A stretch of DNA of 60,331 nucleotides, counting the filler, from Blastocystis sp. subtype 4 (Eukaryota), in NCBI RefSeq assembly GCF_000743755.1. It is 3 parts of 3 records of this genome, joined end to end, with 100 filler letters (N's around TTAATTAATTAA, not from the genome) between each part and the next. Parts side by side here need not be neighbours in the genome. Positions count along the whole stretch, not along the records: positions 19,965 to 40,707 come from NW_014569341.1; positions 40,808 to 60,331 come from NW_014569339.1; 1 more part is not named here. One strand, given 5' to 3'. Below are positions 36,515 through 48,607 of this stretch, piece by piece. Position 1 is the first letter of the stretch. Each line of letters starts with the position of its first letter. The notes beneath the pieces are model-generated. The model was not told the DNA's origin, did no database searches, and saw nothing but the letters and a program-made list of their open reading frames with translations. Made by a program: the position numbers and the translations under genes.

Positions 36515-36699
36515 TCTTACAACCACGATGAACACTCCACTTACATGTTGTAAATATCATCTAAAATGCAACTATCTAGGCTTTGATGTCTAATACATCT
36601 CACCTGAATCCAAAAATGAATGGTTTTGGACCGTTTCCACGTTTCTCTGTTTATGAATGATACAAACACTTATCAAACAGATAATTAAATTACTAGACT

Positions 36700-39287
36700 C
36701 TAATAATTGTCTTCTACCTTCCATTTTAGAATCCTCTGATACTCCTCTTTGTTGGTTGATGGTTTCACTTTGAGTAGGGCTTTGTCTACAGTTTTCCGCT
36801 TCACCAGAATCTAGTCGTCATCCGTTACAATTGAAATAACCGATTTCTTTTCGGATTCAACGCAATTCACATCAATTGACAAAAGAATGATACTTCGAAT
36901 TAAAAACTTCAAGTCAGCACCTGTATATCCTTCCGTTTCTAAGACTAAGACAAATTATAAAACCGTACGAAGTGCCAGATCATCAAGAGAATAGTCATCC
37001 GAAAATACCAATGTATCACTAGCAAATATCTCAATAATCTCCTTTCTTTCATCAAGCGAAGGTAGAGGAACCAAACTACATTCAAACCACTCATACACTC
37101 TAACATGTGTTTATCCAGTCTTCCTGGTCTCAATAAGGATGGGTCCAGTTGCTATTACATTAATTATTATCTCTATACCCACTTCCGGCAGATTTGTTGC
37201 TCCAATGACAAACACAAAATCCTGACTCTTTCGATTATGTAGGTTATCAATTTGAAGAAGTAGTTGAGTGAGAATCTGTTGTGAAACTCCACTCTCAGAC
37301 TCTTCTTTCCTCCGATTTTTGAATACACTCTCAATCTCATCAAAGAACAGAATGCAAGGACTAGTAATGACAGAAATAGAAACTAACACACCTGCATCGA
37401 ATGGCTCGAGAAAACAAATCGCGAATTCGTCTTTCACTCTCTCCGATTTCCTTACAGATCAATTCACTGATTGATGGACAAATGAAATTCAAGTGACCCA
37501 ACTGTGAACAAGCTCTAGAAATAGCTGTCTTTCCAGTTCCTGGAGGTCCGTAAAGGAGAATCCCTGTAGGTGGAGACACTCCAAAATGCTGATACTGCTA
37601 GAAATGAGACACGAATAAGGATCCCACTTGCCACTGAAGACAAGGATTCACGATATATTCCATCAAATACTCCTTTAATTGGTAGTTACCACCAATCTGA
37701 GAAAAGCCTCGTAAGGATTGATCGAGTGATTCCATAGACGGAATGAGAGAAGGAGTTGTTGCCGGTAGATTCTGAATAATGGAACTATCACTTTGATGAC
37801 GCTGAATTATCTGTAGAAAGCACAAGGGACACGAATGAGACATAGAGTGTGAACACACCTTCAACGCAGTCCGAAGACAGTGATTGATATCAGACCAAGA
37901 GAAGGAAGGTCTATATGAAAACAAATGAGTGAATCCAACGAATGAAGACTGAGATACTCAGCATAGCGAGAAGCATCCATTGTAGTTGAATTCATATCAA
38001 TATAATGATTGATGAGGTGTTTGAAATATGTTACACGATCTTGTTGACTGGGGGAGAAGAATTCAATCTTCTCATCAAAAGCATGGATAACTCTTGAAAG
38101 GCATGTACTCTCTTGAGTAGTGACTCCAATCACAGTCACTCCTGATGTTTTGGCTTCCTCTAGAATATGGCGTAATTCTGCCAACAAAGCCTGATCAACG
38201 TCTGAACGATTGATTCGTCGATTCGGATTCTCTGCAGCAATTTCCTGAAGAGGATCGATTAATAACACTGAAGGAGCTACATTCACGCAATTCCTAAAGA
38301 GAGTATGCAAACAAGTCTGAGCATCACTTCCACTTGTCATTGTCATTTCATAGATTCGAGCGATAAAACCTACTTAAGAGATTAGTAACAAATGTACATG
38401 GAAGATCCAATTCTTCAAGAACATGATATAGAATAGATGTCTTTCCACTCCCATGTTCTCCTTGAAGTAGAATATTACTGCTTTCCTATATATCAATGAA
38501 TGTAAGTAAAGTGACAAAAGGGAGATTTGAGTCTTCTGATTCACGGATCAAACTGGATATGGACGATTGGTACACAAATACATTCCAAGTGAGAATAGAG
38601 AGTAATCGCTGATAAGAAGAGAGACTTGAACTCTTGGGAGAATAAATGCTCTTCAGATCATTCCACGAACAATGAGGAAGATCAAGGAACTGAGGATCTG
38701 TAGGAGGAAACAGGAGATTGTGGTGAAAGGAGATAGAAGTTTTCTTATCAATATACCCAATCCGATCCAATAGATACGAGGCCACTTTGTCGGTCACATT
38801 AGCTCTGATGCTTAGCAAGATTCATCTCATAGTACATGGAAAACAGTTTACGATTACAGAAAATGGAAATACTACCAATATAGTCATGACTTTGAAGGAA
38901 GCGCGCTTGTAATGACTCCCGAATCGTTGCACATTGATGAAAATCTCAACAAATCAGCTCCCACAAATGGATGTACTTTTCAATCTTTTCATCTACACAG
39001 AGAAGAACGTTCTTCCAAGGATGCAGATAATATTTCGGAAACATATACACAGTAACTTTCTCTTGATTCCAACTTTGAAAACGATCAAAGACTTGCGAAA
39101 ATACCTGAATCGTCTCAGCATCAATGGTTTCACTGAAAGCGACTGCACTCACATATACTAAAGACTTGTAGTCTCCATTTCGATATGCAACAACAACAGA
39201 AGGAACCGACGAACGATACTTCCCATTGAGAATACAACTCTCCTTTTCTCCACTTGGAACTGATTCAATTCGAAATATCAGCTCCAT
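36700..39287 (-). CDS. Double-domain AAA+ ATPase, CDC48/AFG2(SPATA5)-like
   Basis: Walker A motifs GEHGSGKT and GPPGTGKT, ILFFDEIE, VIGATNLP, LRPGRLD, EGYTGAD; many short introns; start approximate. Confidence 0.8.
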
Positions 39288-39333
39288 TCTATCATACAAT
39301 CAAGAGTCAATGAATCTCTGTAACAAACAATCT

Positions 39334-40479
39334 TTATACATGGTTCTTTCTAAATTCACTATCAACAATAATAGGCTCCATTTCCCGCAAGCCAGCAAAA
39401 TACTCCTGATGTTCAAGAACCAGATGATACTTGATAGGTTCTCCGACTCCATAGCATTCAAGGACGGTACTAGTATCAATAATTCCATTCTCCCTTGCAT
39501 ATTTCGTGATAAAGGGATATCTAGAAATAATCAGCAAGAAATTGCCTAACATCCGAATCTGACCGAGAGAATAACTTAGGAAGTTCCGGTACGTAAAACT
39601 GGACCTACATCCCATTAGAACCCTAATCATACGACGCAACGCGAAGAGATGGAACTTTGATAACGAGTAGCTTATTTTTATCTGGGGACGCATTAATTCG
39701 TTCCCTTAATCCTTCCACTGTGTCAACAGGGAACAAAAGAGTGTAGCGAACATTTGCTACATATCATGAACTTTATACACAGTCACCCGATAGCTGATTT
39801 TCATCAGTACTGTTGTGATACAGACAGTATATCTGAGGGAAAAGAAATATTCTTCCCGTAATAGATTTAATCATGTTGATTGAGTATTCCGTGCATACTC
39901 CAGCGTCTGCTAATGCTCCCTGGAATGTAAACGCTCTGATAATTAGAAAATTCGTTCAAAAATACATATATGAATTCGCCTGTAGCACATCTGCCTTCAC
40001 TACAGGGATTCTGCAAAAGTGAATCATTCTTCTCATCTTTACTTCAAGAAATCCATATAATCCAGTAGTGCAAAAAGGATTACAATAAAAAGAACGAAAA
40101 ACAAAGCCACTACCACCAAAGACATTATTACTATCATACAAACGAATCTCTTCTTGTGTTTCTATATATCTCCAACTTTCTTTCATTAACGCATGACATT
40201 AACTAACTTCCTGGCCCTGTATACAGAGTTCTAAAGGATTGTGTTGAATGGAACAGATAACTAGATTTCGCAAAATTATATCTAAATCCTATCTCTCGTC
40301 ACCATCAGTTCACTTCTGGATGTGGCACGACTACAGGAGGATGATTTGGATTGAGAATGTTATTTTTGAAAGAAGTAATCTTGTATCATATTCCCTCCTG
40401 TCTTCCTGGATAGGATTTTATACGACGAAGAGACAGCAGTAGAAACAAATAACTTCTGTACCCATCCACTAATAACCAT
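39334..40479 (-). CDS. Hypothetical protein (multi-exon)
   Basis: Chain of open exons ending ...SEFRKNHV-TAA, 4 nt before TGTTTGTT (39329-39322); start uncertain. Confidence 0.45.
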
Positions 40480-40707
40480 ATCCCATTTAGGACATAATGC
40501 AGGTCTACTTTCTTATTTTTATTTTCTCGATAATTCAATAATCAACAATCATGAATTGTCTAGGGTAAATCAGATAATCCTACGAATTCCTCTATAAGTC
40601 TAATTGATCCCCTGGATCTAGTCGATTGTCCTTTCTTGGCAAATAGAATACCAATGGTCAAGGCTACTCAGGGTTTGATTTGATTTTTGGAATGGTCTAA
40701 TCGGTCT

Positions 40708-40807
40708 NNNNNNNNNNNNNNNNNNNNNNNNNNNNNNNNNNNNNNNNNNNNTTAATTAATTAANNNNNNNNNNNNNNNNNNNNNNNNNNNNNNNNNNNNN
40801 NNNNNNN
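40708..40807. other. Artificial contig joiner (N44-TTAATTAATTAA-N44)
   Basis: Same spacer as 19865-19964. Confidence 0.97.
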
Positions 40808-40971
40808 TTATCAGCAGCCACAATATCAGCGGCAAGCTTCTCAGCGGCAGCCTTCAACTCAGCATCACGACGCTGCTTCAGAATAACAGACTGGGGACTA
40901 TTACACTGTTAGTAATTCCAATCACAAGAAGCAAGTCAGAAAACAATTAGATCACTCACTTACACAGGCAT
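40808..40971 (-). CDS. 5' fragment of a gene, possibly ribosomal protein uL30/L7
   Basis: ATG CCT GT|gtaagt intron, then PQSVILKQRRDAELKAAAEKLAADIVAAD, reminiscent of the L7 N-terminal PES.LK.R helix; truncated by the gap. Confidence 0.35.
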
Positions 40972-41106
40972 TAGAACGTAAGAACAATACTTTGTGTGTT
41001 GGAACGACTAGAAATGGTGATCCAGGGGATAAATCTATAGTCTGTCTTTCTTTCACCTATATGATATTTACCTCTTCACTCTTAAATTTGATCAAACAAA
41101 GAGAAT

Positions 41107-44100
41107 TCACTTGCCTCCAATGTACATATTCTTTCTAAAACGACCATGAAGGAAAACATCTCCTTTTTCTGAATACACCGTTCCCATGCCTGACAACATG
41201 TTATCTTTCACCATCCCCTTGTAGACATATCCGTTCATTAATGTAACAGTAGCATTACCCGATCGAACTCCATGGGCATATTCACCTGAATAAACAATTT
41301 CTCCTTGTTTGAACTCTTCTCCATACCCTTGGATATGGCCTTTATCACAATTTCCACGGAAAACCAACTCATCACCTTTACAGATTGTAATACTACCTTC
41401 CTTTATACCGTTTACATACGTCGCTGTGAGAGACATTTGATCCCCATATCGATAACATCCTTTTCCGTCATATTGACCATTCTTTATATCACCCTCAAAA
41501 TGTGTTCCATTGAGGAATACAAACTTCCCTTTTCCTGTGAACAAATTATTGTGGAAGGTTCCCTGTCCAGTTTGTTTGCCTTTTTCATTAAAGAATGTAC
41601 ATTCGCCTTCCAGCACGTCCTGAACATATGTTACCTTCCAATAGGAATAATCTGGGGTATATAGGACAAAAGACCCATCACGTTGTCCTTCTTTCCATTC
41701 ACCTTCCACAATTACTTTTCCCTGTTTCGTATAGATTATTCCAGCTCCATGAGGCTTTCCTTGAGCCATCGTACCATCAAAATAATCGTTATTATCAAAG
41801 AAATACGCACCTGTTCCATCCATTACACCATGTTCCCAGTGACCATCCCATGTAGCATCATGCCCATTCGCATAGTAGGTTCCTTCTCCATGTGGCTTTC
41901 CTTGATTAAAGGTTCCATCATAACGTGCTCCATTATTGAATGTTAGAATACCTGATACTGGACAATCGTTCTCAAAAATACCTTCAAAATAGCACCTGTT
42001 ATTCTTACGCAGAGCACCACGTCCATGTCGATTATTCTCTCGGAATCCTCCTTGATAACTGGATCCATCAGAATACGTTAGTGTTCCTGATCCATGTCTC
42101 TTACCTTGTAAGACACTCCCTGAATAGGTTGATCCATCATCGTAGCGTTGAAACCGTGTTCGATCATCCAGTCTTTGCATAATACGCTCTTGAAGTGATG
42201 AATTCACATAAATACCTGAAATTAGATTCTCTTCCCACTTACCTTTAGTAGAATAGATAGAAAATGAATCAATCTTGTGAACATTGAATTCAGATAGAAA
42301 ATCAATGCCTGGTTCTTGAGGAAGAATAAGAGGATCCGAAGATACCCAGATGAATTCAGTTCCAGGAAACTCTTTTTCTTCTTCCTTCTTCTCCTTCTTC
42401 TCTTTCTTCTCTTCACGAGTATGACGACGAGGTCTCAACTGTTCTCGGGTTGCTTGAAGAGCGGTGACACTTGCCCTTCTGTGACTACGTTCTGATAGTC
42501 TTCGAGTATTCTGTGCAGGAAGCTTCGCCTTTGCATCCTTCTCGTTTTTTGTCCCTTCCAATTTAGAGAGTGATGTTACAGTGGACTTTGGATGACTGGT
42601 ATGAGATGTTGTGGTTTCAGAATCACTTTTTGCTGAATTATTTTTGATTTGATATGGGATGAAGATTGCATCTCTATCATCTTGACTAATATGCACTTCA
42701 ATTGTCATTGATGAAAGAGGAGATACTACAATTAAATACCAGGATTCAAACTCACTTGAGAGAGGTTGTTTCTCAGTTGAACTAGTTTTAGAATTGGCTT
42801 GAGAAGGTGTGGATTTTGATACATCTGTCTGTGAAGTATCAGCTTGAGAGGGTGTTGATTTTGGCATATCGGTATGTGAAGTATCAGCTTGAGAGGGTGT
42901 TGATTTTGGTACATCTGTCTGTGAAGTATCAGCTTGAGAGGGTGTTGATTTTGGCATGTCGGTATGTGAAGAATTGGGTTGAGAGAGTATTGATTTTGGT
43001 GCATCTTCCTGAGAAGAGTCTGCTTGGGAGGGGATCGGTTTTGATACGTCTGGATGTGTAAGATCTGTTTGAGAAAGCACTGATCTCGATGCATCTTCTT
43101 GTGAAGGAGCTCCTTGAGAAGATGTTGTTAATGGAGTTGAATCTGATGAGGTTTTTGATTTCTCTTTTATACTTTCATCACGAAGTGTTGATAGGATACT
43201 CGAAGACGAAGTGAAGTTGGGAGGATCAGGATTCATAACCGAAAATTGGGTTTGAGTTTCAGTCTCTTCAGAAATACTCCTTATAACGGGAAGGCCTGGA
43301 TTCATATTATGGAGAACCATTTCCATAATATCATGACAACAACAGAACGGAACATTTGGAAAGTCCTCCTGGTACCAGCGTCGATAGATAAAGAGAGAAG
43401 AAGACTCTCCAGTGAGAATGGTAGGTATCCGTGTCCAATGCAAGTCAACCAACAGTTTATTCAAATCCGAAGTAAGATGACTCAGAATTGGTCTCATCAT
43501 GTAGTAGATACTATCATCTGTTACAGTATAAACTAACTGACCTTCCGTGATAAGAAGATTCATAGAAGCTAGGGTTTGATAAGCAAGCCGATTCAACATC
43601 TGATAACATGCTTTGAAGAGTGTTGTTGAAGAATCTGTAGAAAACGATTTCTTCTGCATTTTTTCCAGAATATCAGCATAGATCCTGTTAATAAAGGAAT
43701 GATGACTGAGTTGAGTTGACTTAAGATGGCGCCGAACGGTTAAATGTCTGGAATAAACGGTACAAGCAAAGATATGAAATAAGCCATAATCAGCATAAAA
43801 TAAAAGTACATTAGTATGAGCGCATGGAGACAAGTCAATTGGTAAAAGAGAGGTGATAAAACAGGGCAGTTGACTAACGCACCTTACATTATATGAATCA
43901 AGGGACTTAAGAAGATACACAAGGTACTCTTCATGATGCCGAGAACAATATACTGGATAGGCAACAGTAACATTCTTAATCTGAATATTGGAACGGTAAC
44001 ACTCATAGAGAATCACATACTTAAGAAACAACTTAAGAACAACACCAGGCGTCAGAATTTGATTATTCAGATCCTTCACACGATATTCAACTTGTCCTTC

Positions 44101-44403
44101 TGAAGTAATCAACACTTCACAAGAACACTGGCTCCGTAGTTCTGTCACAAATTTATCATTTGTCAATCCAAAGAATGAATCAACAAAACCACAAATGTCT
44201 TGTCCTTTAGATGGTTGTTGATTCGAACTACGTATTTTACCAATGGAGATTTTCGAGTCTGTAATACTTATTGAAGATGGGATCTTCGAAGAATGCAGTT
44301 GTTTGGAGGAGATGGTACCATTCTTAACATAATAAGGCATACACATGGTCGTTTCATTTCCAAGTAGAATGAATAACTCGTATATGCCATTCGAAGCATC
44401 CAT
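41107..44403 (-). CDS. Intronless ~1100-aa protein: degenerate Hsp70/actin-like N-terminal domain, Ser/Thr-rich 15-aa repeats, C-terminal MORN repeats
   Basis: NVTVAYPVY, LLFYADYG and ILTGESS echo Hsp70 NBD motifs; over 10 MORN units (YSGSVLQGKRHGSG...). The ORF-track ATG at 44469 lies in the upstream gene's TGTTTGTC element, so 44403 is preferred. Confidence 0.75.
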   Translation of the reverse strand: MDASNGIYELFILLGNETTMCMPYYVKNGTISSKQLHSSKIPSSISITDSKISIGKIRSSNQQPSKGQDICGFVDSFFGLTNDKFVTELRSQCSCEVLITSEGQVEYRVKDLNNQILTPGVVLKLFLKYVILYECYRSNIQIKNVTVAYPVYCSRHHEEYLVYLLKSLDSYNVRCVSQLPCFITSLLPIDLSPCAHTNVLLFYADYGLFHIFACTVYSRHLTVRRHLKSTQLSHHSFINRIYADILEKMQKKSFSTDSSTTLFKACYQMLNRLAYQTLASMNLLITEGQLVYTVTDDSIYYMMRPILSHLTSDLNKLLVDLHWTRIPTILTGESSSLFIYRRWYQEDFPNVPFCCCHDIMEMVLHNMNPGLPVIRSISEETETQTQFSVMNPDPPNFTSSSSILSTLRDESIKEKSKTSSDSTPLTTSSQGAPSQEDASRSVLSQTDLTHPDVSKPIPSQADSSQEDAPKSILSQPNSSHTDMPKSTPSQADTSQTDVPKSTPSQADTSHTDMPKSTPSQADTSQTDVSKSTPSQANSKTSSTEKQPLSSEFESWYLIVVSPLSSMTIEVHISQDDRDAIFIPYQIKNNSAKSDSETTTSHTSHPKSTVTSLSKLEGTKNEKDAKAKLPAQNTRRLSERSHRRASVTALQATREQLRPRRHTREEKKEKKEKKEEEKEFPGTEFIWVSSDPLILPQEPGIDFLSEFNVHKIDSFSIYSTKGKWEENLISGIYVNSSLQERIMQRLDDRTRFQRYDDGSTYSGSVLQGKRHGSGTLTYSDGSSYQGGFRENNRHGRGALRKNNRCYFEGIFENDCPVSGILTFNNGARYDGTFNQGKPHGEGTYYANGHDATWDGHWEHGVMDGTGAYFFDNNDYFDGTMAQGKPHGAGIIYTKQGKVIVEGEWKEGQRDGSFVLYTPDYSYWKVTYVQDVLEGECTFFNEKGKQTGQGTFHNNLFTGKGKFVFLNGTHFEGDIKNGQYDGKGCYRYGDQMSLTATYVNGIKEGSITICKGDELVFRGNCDKGHIQGYGEEFKQGEIVYSGEYAHGVRSGNATVTLMNGYVYKGMVKDNMLSGMGTVYSEKGDVFLHGRFRKNMYIGGK
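42795..43110 (-). repeat. 45-bp coding tandem repeat (~7 units, [PS]KSTPSQADTS[QH]TD[VM])
   Basis: Units such as gagagggtgttgattttgg...tgtgaagtatcagctt recur every 45 nt. Confidence 0.9.
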
Positions 44404-44475
44404 CGGTATCCAGGAAATTCGAAATATGTGTCGGAAAAATGGACGATTTCTGTAGTCGTTGACAAACATATTGTA

Positions 44476-45485
44476 TCATTTCATTATTACTTCAAGTGGA
44501 CCTGTCGTTGTTGCTTTTGCCTTTTTACTTCGTCTTCGTGTCTTTCGTTCTCCCGACTCCTACACTTCATCATATACATCACACCAACTTTTGGAGGAGG
44601 AGGAAGATTCTTTTTCTTCTTACAAGACAAAGGATTGGGATTCTTCTGATGATGGTTAATGTCCACAAAAGGATTCTATGTAACAAATCCACAACTACTT
44701 TACATGACTAGGAGCTTCCTTCTTGAATTTGATTCCTAATTCCCTCTTTTCAGCTTCTGAAACACCATAGAGACTGGAAATTTTCTAACCATCAGGATCG
44801 TTCCAGAACCATACAGCATCAACAAAGTGGTCCGAATTCTTTGATGGCTGGTCTAACGATAGAACGCTGCGATTGAAATAGATCAAAGGAATTCCTGGTA
44901 TCCGACGGATATCTTGTTTGTACAATTCCTTCTCAGTACATACAATGTACTTATCTTTGGATTCTTTCATATCTACATATCATCTACGTGGTACCCAACG
45001 ATACGTTTCGCTATATCCAACACACACTTAAAAGACGAAAGGGGTTCCTGATGATTACACTTGATACAGGTGAGCGATTGAATATATGCAAAATGGGAAG
45101 GACTCTTCTCTCGAAACTCTTCAAACCTCTTTCTTGTACATTCTGTAATGCATAGTGTCGCCTTCTCATCCTTATGGTTAAAACACTATTCAAATTGTAC
45201 TTGAATTGCAGAATGAATCAAATCATCAATAGAATTGGGTAAGTTCAAATCCACTCCATGGCGAATAAATGACTCTTCTAACAATACCTAGTAAATAAAA
45301 CATATTTGAAAACCCATTCTTTGTATGGCGATCGATAGCCATAATTGATCTCGTAGTACTGCATTGTTTTTCGATTCTACTCTTTATCATTAGTAATAAA
45401 AAGTGATACGCGTTTATTCTTACGAATTCTCATGACTCACAATAACTCTATGGATGTTTGAGTTGCTTAAACTCACTTTGCTCAT
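44476..45485 (-). CDS. UTP23: rRNA-processing PIN-domain protein UTP23
   Basis: MQYYEINYGYRSPYKILL, IRRIPGIPLIY and C-terminal NPNPLSCKKKK motif. Confidence 0.8.
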
Positions 45486-46241
45486 GTATATTATATCAAG
45501 TCAATCCGTTTTGATTCTCTCTAGGGCGTTTGAAAGAACAGTTGTATTTGATTCCCGCAGTTGATTATCATTAATGATCTGTATCGATTGAAATCTAAGT
45601 CCGCATTGGGTGGTGGAAGATTAATGTTCTTTTGTTGATTCTCTGTTAGTTCTGATGGCTTTATTAAGAATATACTTGTTCTTTTCAAGTGTCAATTCTA
45701 TTTTGACATACGATTATATTACTATTCTAGCGAATATTTCGTGCCATGGATTCATTTTGGCACTTCTCTAAATCGGAACAGTTGGATTGTTCATTGACAT
45801 TTCTGGATTTTGCTAGTTTAAGAAAGGTCATTGTAGTCATAACTCTTGAGGGTGTTATATCCTCTTCAATATCATTTGTATGGATATGTATTTCGAGGTA
45901 TAGGGGTGTGGTTGTGTTTGAACCATATGACTATCCATTTGGAATCCGTGTTTATATGATCTCCACCACCTGCACCTGCTACAATTTGCATTTATGAGGC
46001 TATTTTTCAGTACTGCCACGATTGACTGTTAGGACATGTGGATCTTTCAGTGTAAGCAAGTTTCTTCTTATCAGTACGTTTCTGTACCTCTATATTATGT
46101 TGCATTTTTCTGTCTGACTTTTGTCTTCGTACTTCCATACGGTTTTCTCTTGAAGAGATAGCGAAGGGTGTTACAGGAGCGATATACTAATGAAATAGAG
46201 CACAAAAGCAAAGTAATATAAATGAAATAATCTTGTTTGTT

Positions 46242-47003
46242 ATGTCATCACCCATTAGAAATGCAAGAGGGAATTTGTCATCACTGTGGTCAGGTTGGAC
46301 ATATTCAGAGGGACTGTCCTCACCTCCGACGTCGTGGTTCGGGTACTTGCCGGGATTTAGTGTAGAGAAACAAGTTTGTTACATATGTGGAGGTGTTGGA
46401 CACATTGCAGCTGTTTGCACATCGAAACGTCCTGTTTTCCGTAGCCTTTATGGAAAGCCCGATCGCGTTAGAAGAGAACGTCGTTCTATTATTTTACCTA
46501 GTTATAGTCATCATCTACGCCCACAGTCCATGTTCTTATTCTATGATATGTTATAGAAACCTCATTTGTTACAAGTGTGGAAGAACTGGCCATCTCGCAA
46601 GGGACTGTCGTTCTAGGTATAGATGGATAAACATTCTTATTTATAGAAACGTTCATCGGGAGAATCATTCCTCAGGTAATAATGAGAATCTGTTATTATG
46701 ATCTAGATCATATTTATTGGTGAGTAATTCTATTTTCCTACCAAAATAGCGGTAACTGCCACAAGGAAGGTCATATTGCAAGGGACTGTCCTGAACCCAA
46801 GATTTGTAAGCGCTGTGGTCAGACAGGGTCCTATTAATTCTTTACCTTAAGTTCTAGTCATCTAGTGGCTGATTGTCATCAGGCAGTCCAGTGCAAACGT
46901 TGTCTCCAATCCGGCCATTTTGCTCGCGATTGCCCAAATGCTACTGTGTGTTACATATGCGGTGAGAGCGGTCACAATCGTGATAATTGCCCCAACCATG
47001 AGT
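46242..47003 (+). CDS. Multi-CCHC zinc-knuckle nucleic-acid-binding protein (CNBP/GIS2-like); stop completed by poly(A)
   Basis: About 7 C-X2-C-X4-H-X4-C knuckles; ends CPNHE + T47003, 4 nt before TCTTTGTT. Confidence 0.85.
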
Positions 47004-47028
47004 ACTTTCTTTGTTTCACAAACATGAT

Positions 47029-48447
47029 ACTTGAACTGAGACAAAACCGTTGTGAACGTAGCCAGAACCATCACACCGACACCCAACACAACAAATAGAA
47101 GATCAACATACCAACTACCTTTATAAGCATTGGGAAGAATTCTCATGTGGAGGAGAGGAGGAAGAATGAATGAAACAATCGAGATGGTGAAGCATCCAAG
47201 TATGCATTAAGAGAACAATAACGATGAACGATAAGGATATTAAATGACACCACCATATTGAAGTTTGGAATAAAATAGGCGAGAAGACAAGTAACAACAA
47301 CAATGAGAATGCGTTGAAGAATTCGCTTCCAATTAGTAACCACCACCTTTGTCTCTTCTATTTCTCATACTTTCAATCAATATTCACCCTCTTTAATCCA
47401 TGCTTCACATGCAATAAGAGCAGGATAAACAGCGATGGGATATGAAAGGAAACAAACTAATGAAAGGCCGATAGCCGAGATCTGATAATACAGCGTGTCG
47501 GAAGGGATGTTTGCAAGAATAATATCACGAATGCCTTTCTCATTGTAGAATATTACACCTGCAAATGCAAATACAATATAGATGACACTCGGAACAATCA
47601 GAGAGACGATCAATGCACTCTTAAAACGACCTGGGTTTTCCATGCTACTCTATTCTTAATCATGAGAATTTACTCTTACACGTGACGACAAACCAACAAA
47701 GGCAACTCCCATCGAGAAACAGATCACTCCAAACATATTGGCAATACCCATGATATCTTGAGGCCATAACATCCTGAGAGCGAAACTGGGTTTGTTATGA
47801 ATAGCACCGTACACGATAACAATGATCATTACCAAGATCAAGATATAGTTACCAGCTTGGGAAGCAAATGAAATAGATCTAAAGTAAAAATGCAATTACG
47901 GAAAGTACCCCATCGAACGGAGAAGAACCAAAGGAAGAATCAGAACACCAAAGATGAGTGTCCAGAACCATGTAAATTTACCCAAAGGAAACTTCCATAT
48001 AATCCAAGGAAGGTTTGCTAACATATTGTTGAATGTGATCTGATAGGCTGCTCCAACACCGATCAACGTCACAATAAATGAGAAGTTCAGAAGAAAGACT
48101 CCAAATGAACCCAAGCCCTATCTTTCGAAACTCACGCCTAAGTTTACTTTTCTAGATACGATCTTGTAAGGGTCTTCATTTGTTGGAATCAACACCGATG
48201 TACATGCCTCATTCGTCTGAATTAACAGGTGCATGCAATAATACACCCATAACGCAATAATCACAATCAGAAGAAACGAAGGAACAAATCCCGCCTATAA
48301 TTCAATAATGCAACTCAAAGTCACAAGAATTGCAGTATAGGGAAGAGCAAGTATTCCTACGCCCATACATGTTTTGATGAGATTTCCAGTTGTCTAGTTC
48401 CTTAATAGATTAAAAAGCGCTGGTACTTGAGAATATGTAGCAGCCAT
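47029..48447 (-). CDS. Amino-acid transporter, AAAP/Aa_trans family; stop completed by poly(A)
   Basis: NLIKTCMGVGILALPY, MENPGRF, SYP motif, about 11 TM segments; ends SQFK + T47029, 4 nt before TGTTTGTG. Confidence 0.88.
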
Positions 48448-48607
48448 TCTAATACGTTTACGATTATAAGAACACAATTCAGGTTTGAAACGATAATCAT
48501 GGGAATTGAAGGATTCGAACGGGAACAAGATTCTTATCCAATACTCTTGTTCTGTTGTTTCACAAACATTATTTAATTCTATCCGAACTATCTAAACTAG
48601 ATATTCT

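Larger units (their letters stand above)
36187..36660 (-). ncRNA. Putative non-coding spliced snoRNA host transcript
   Basis: 28-nt intron 36603-36576; a second donor GTAAGT at 36544 with acceptor TAG near 36238 encloses three snoRNAs; TGTTTGTT at 36182-36175; spliced exons have no ORF longer than a few codons. Confidence 0.45.

Noticed and set aside
45746..45997. 83-aa + strand ORF
   Set aside because: No recognisable domain and no confident exon chain, so it was not called as a CDS.
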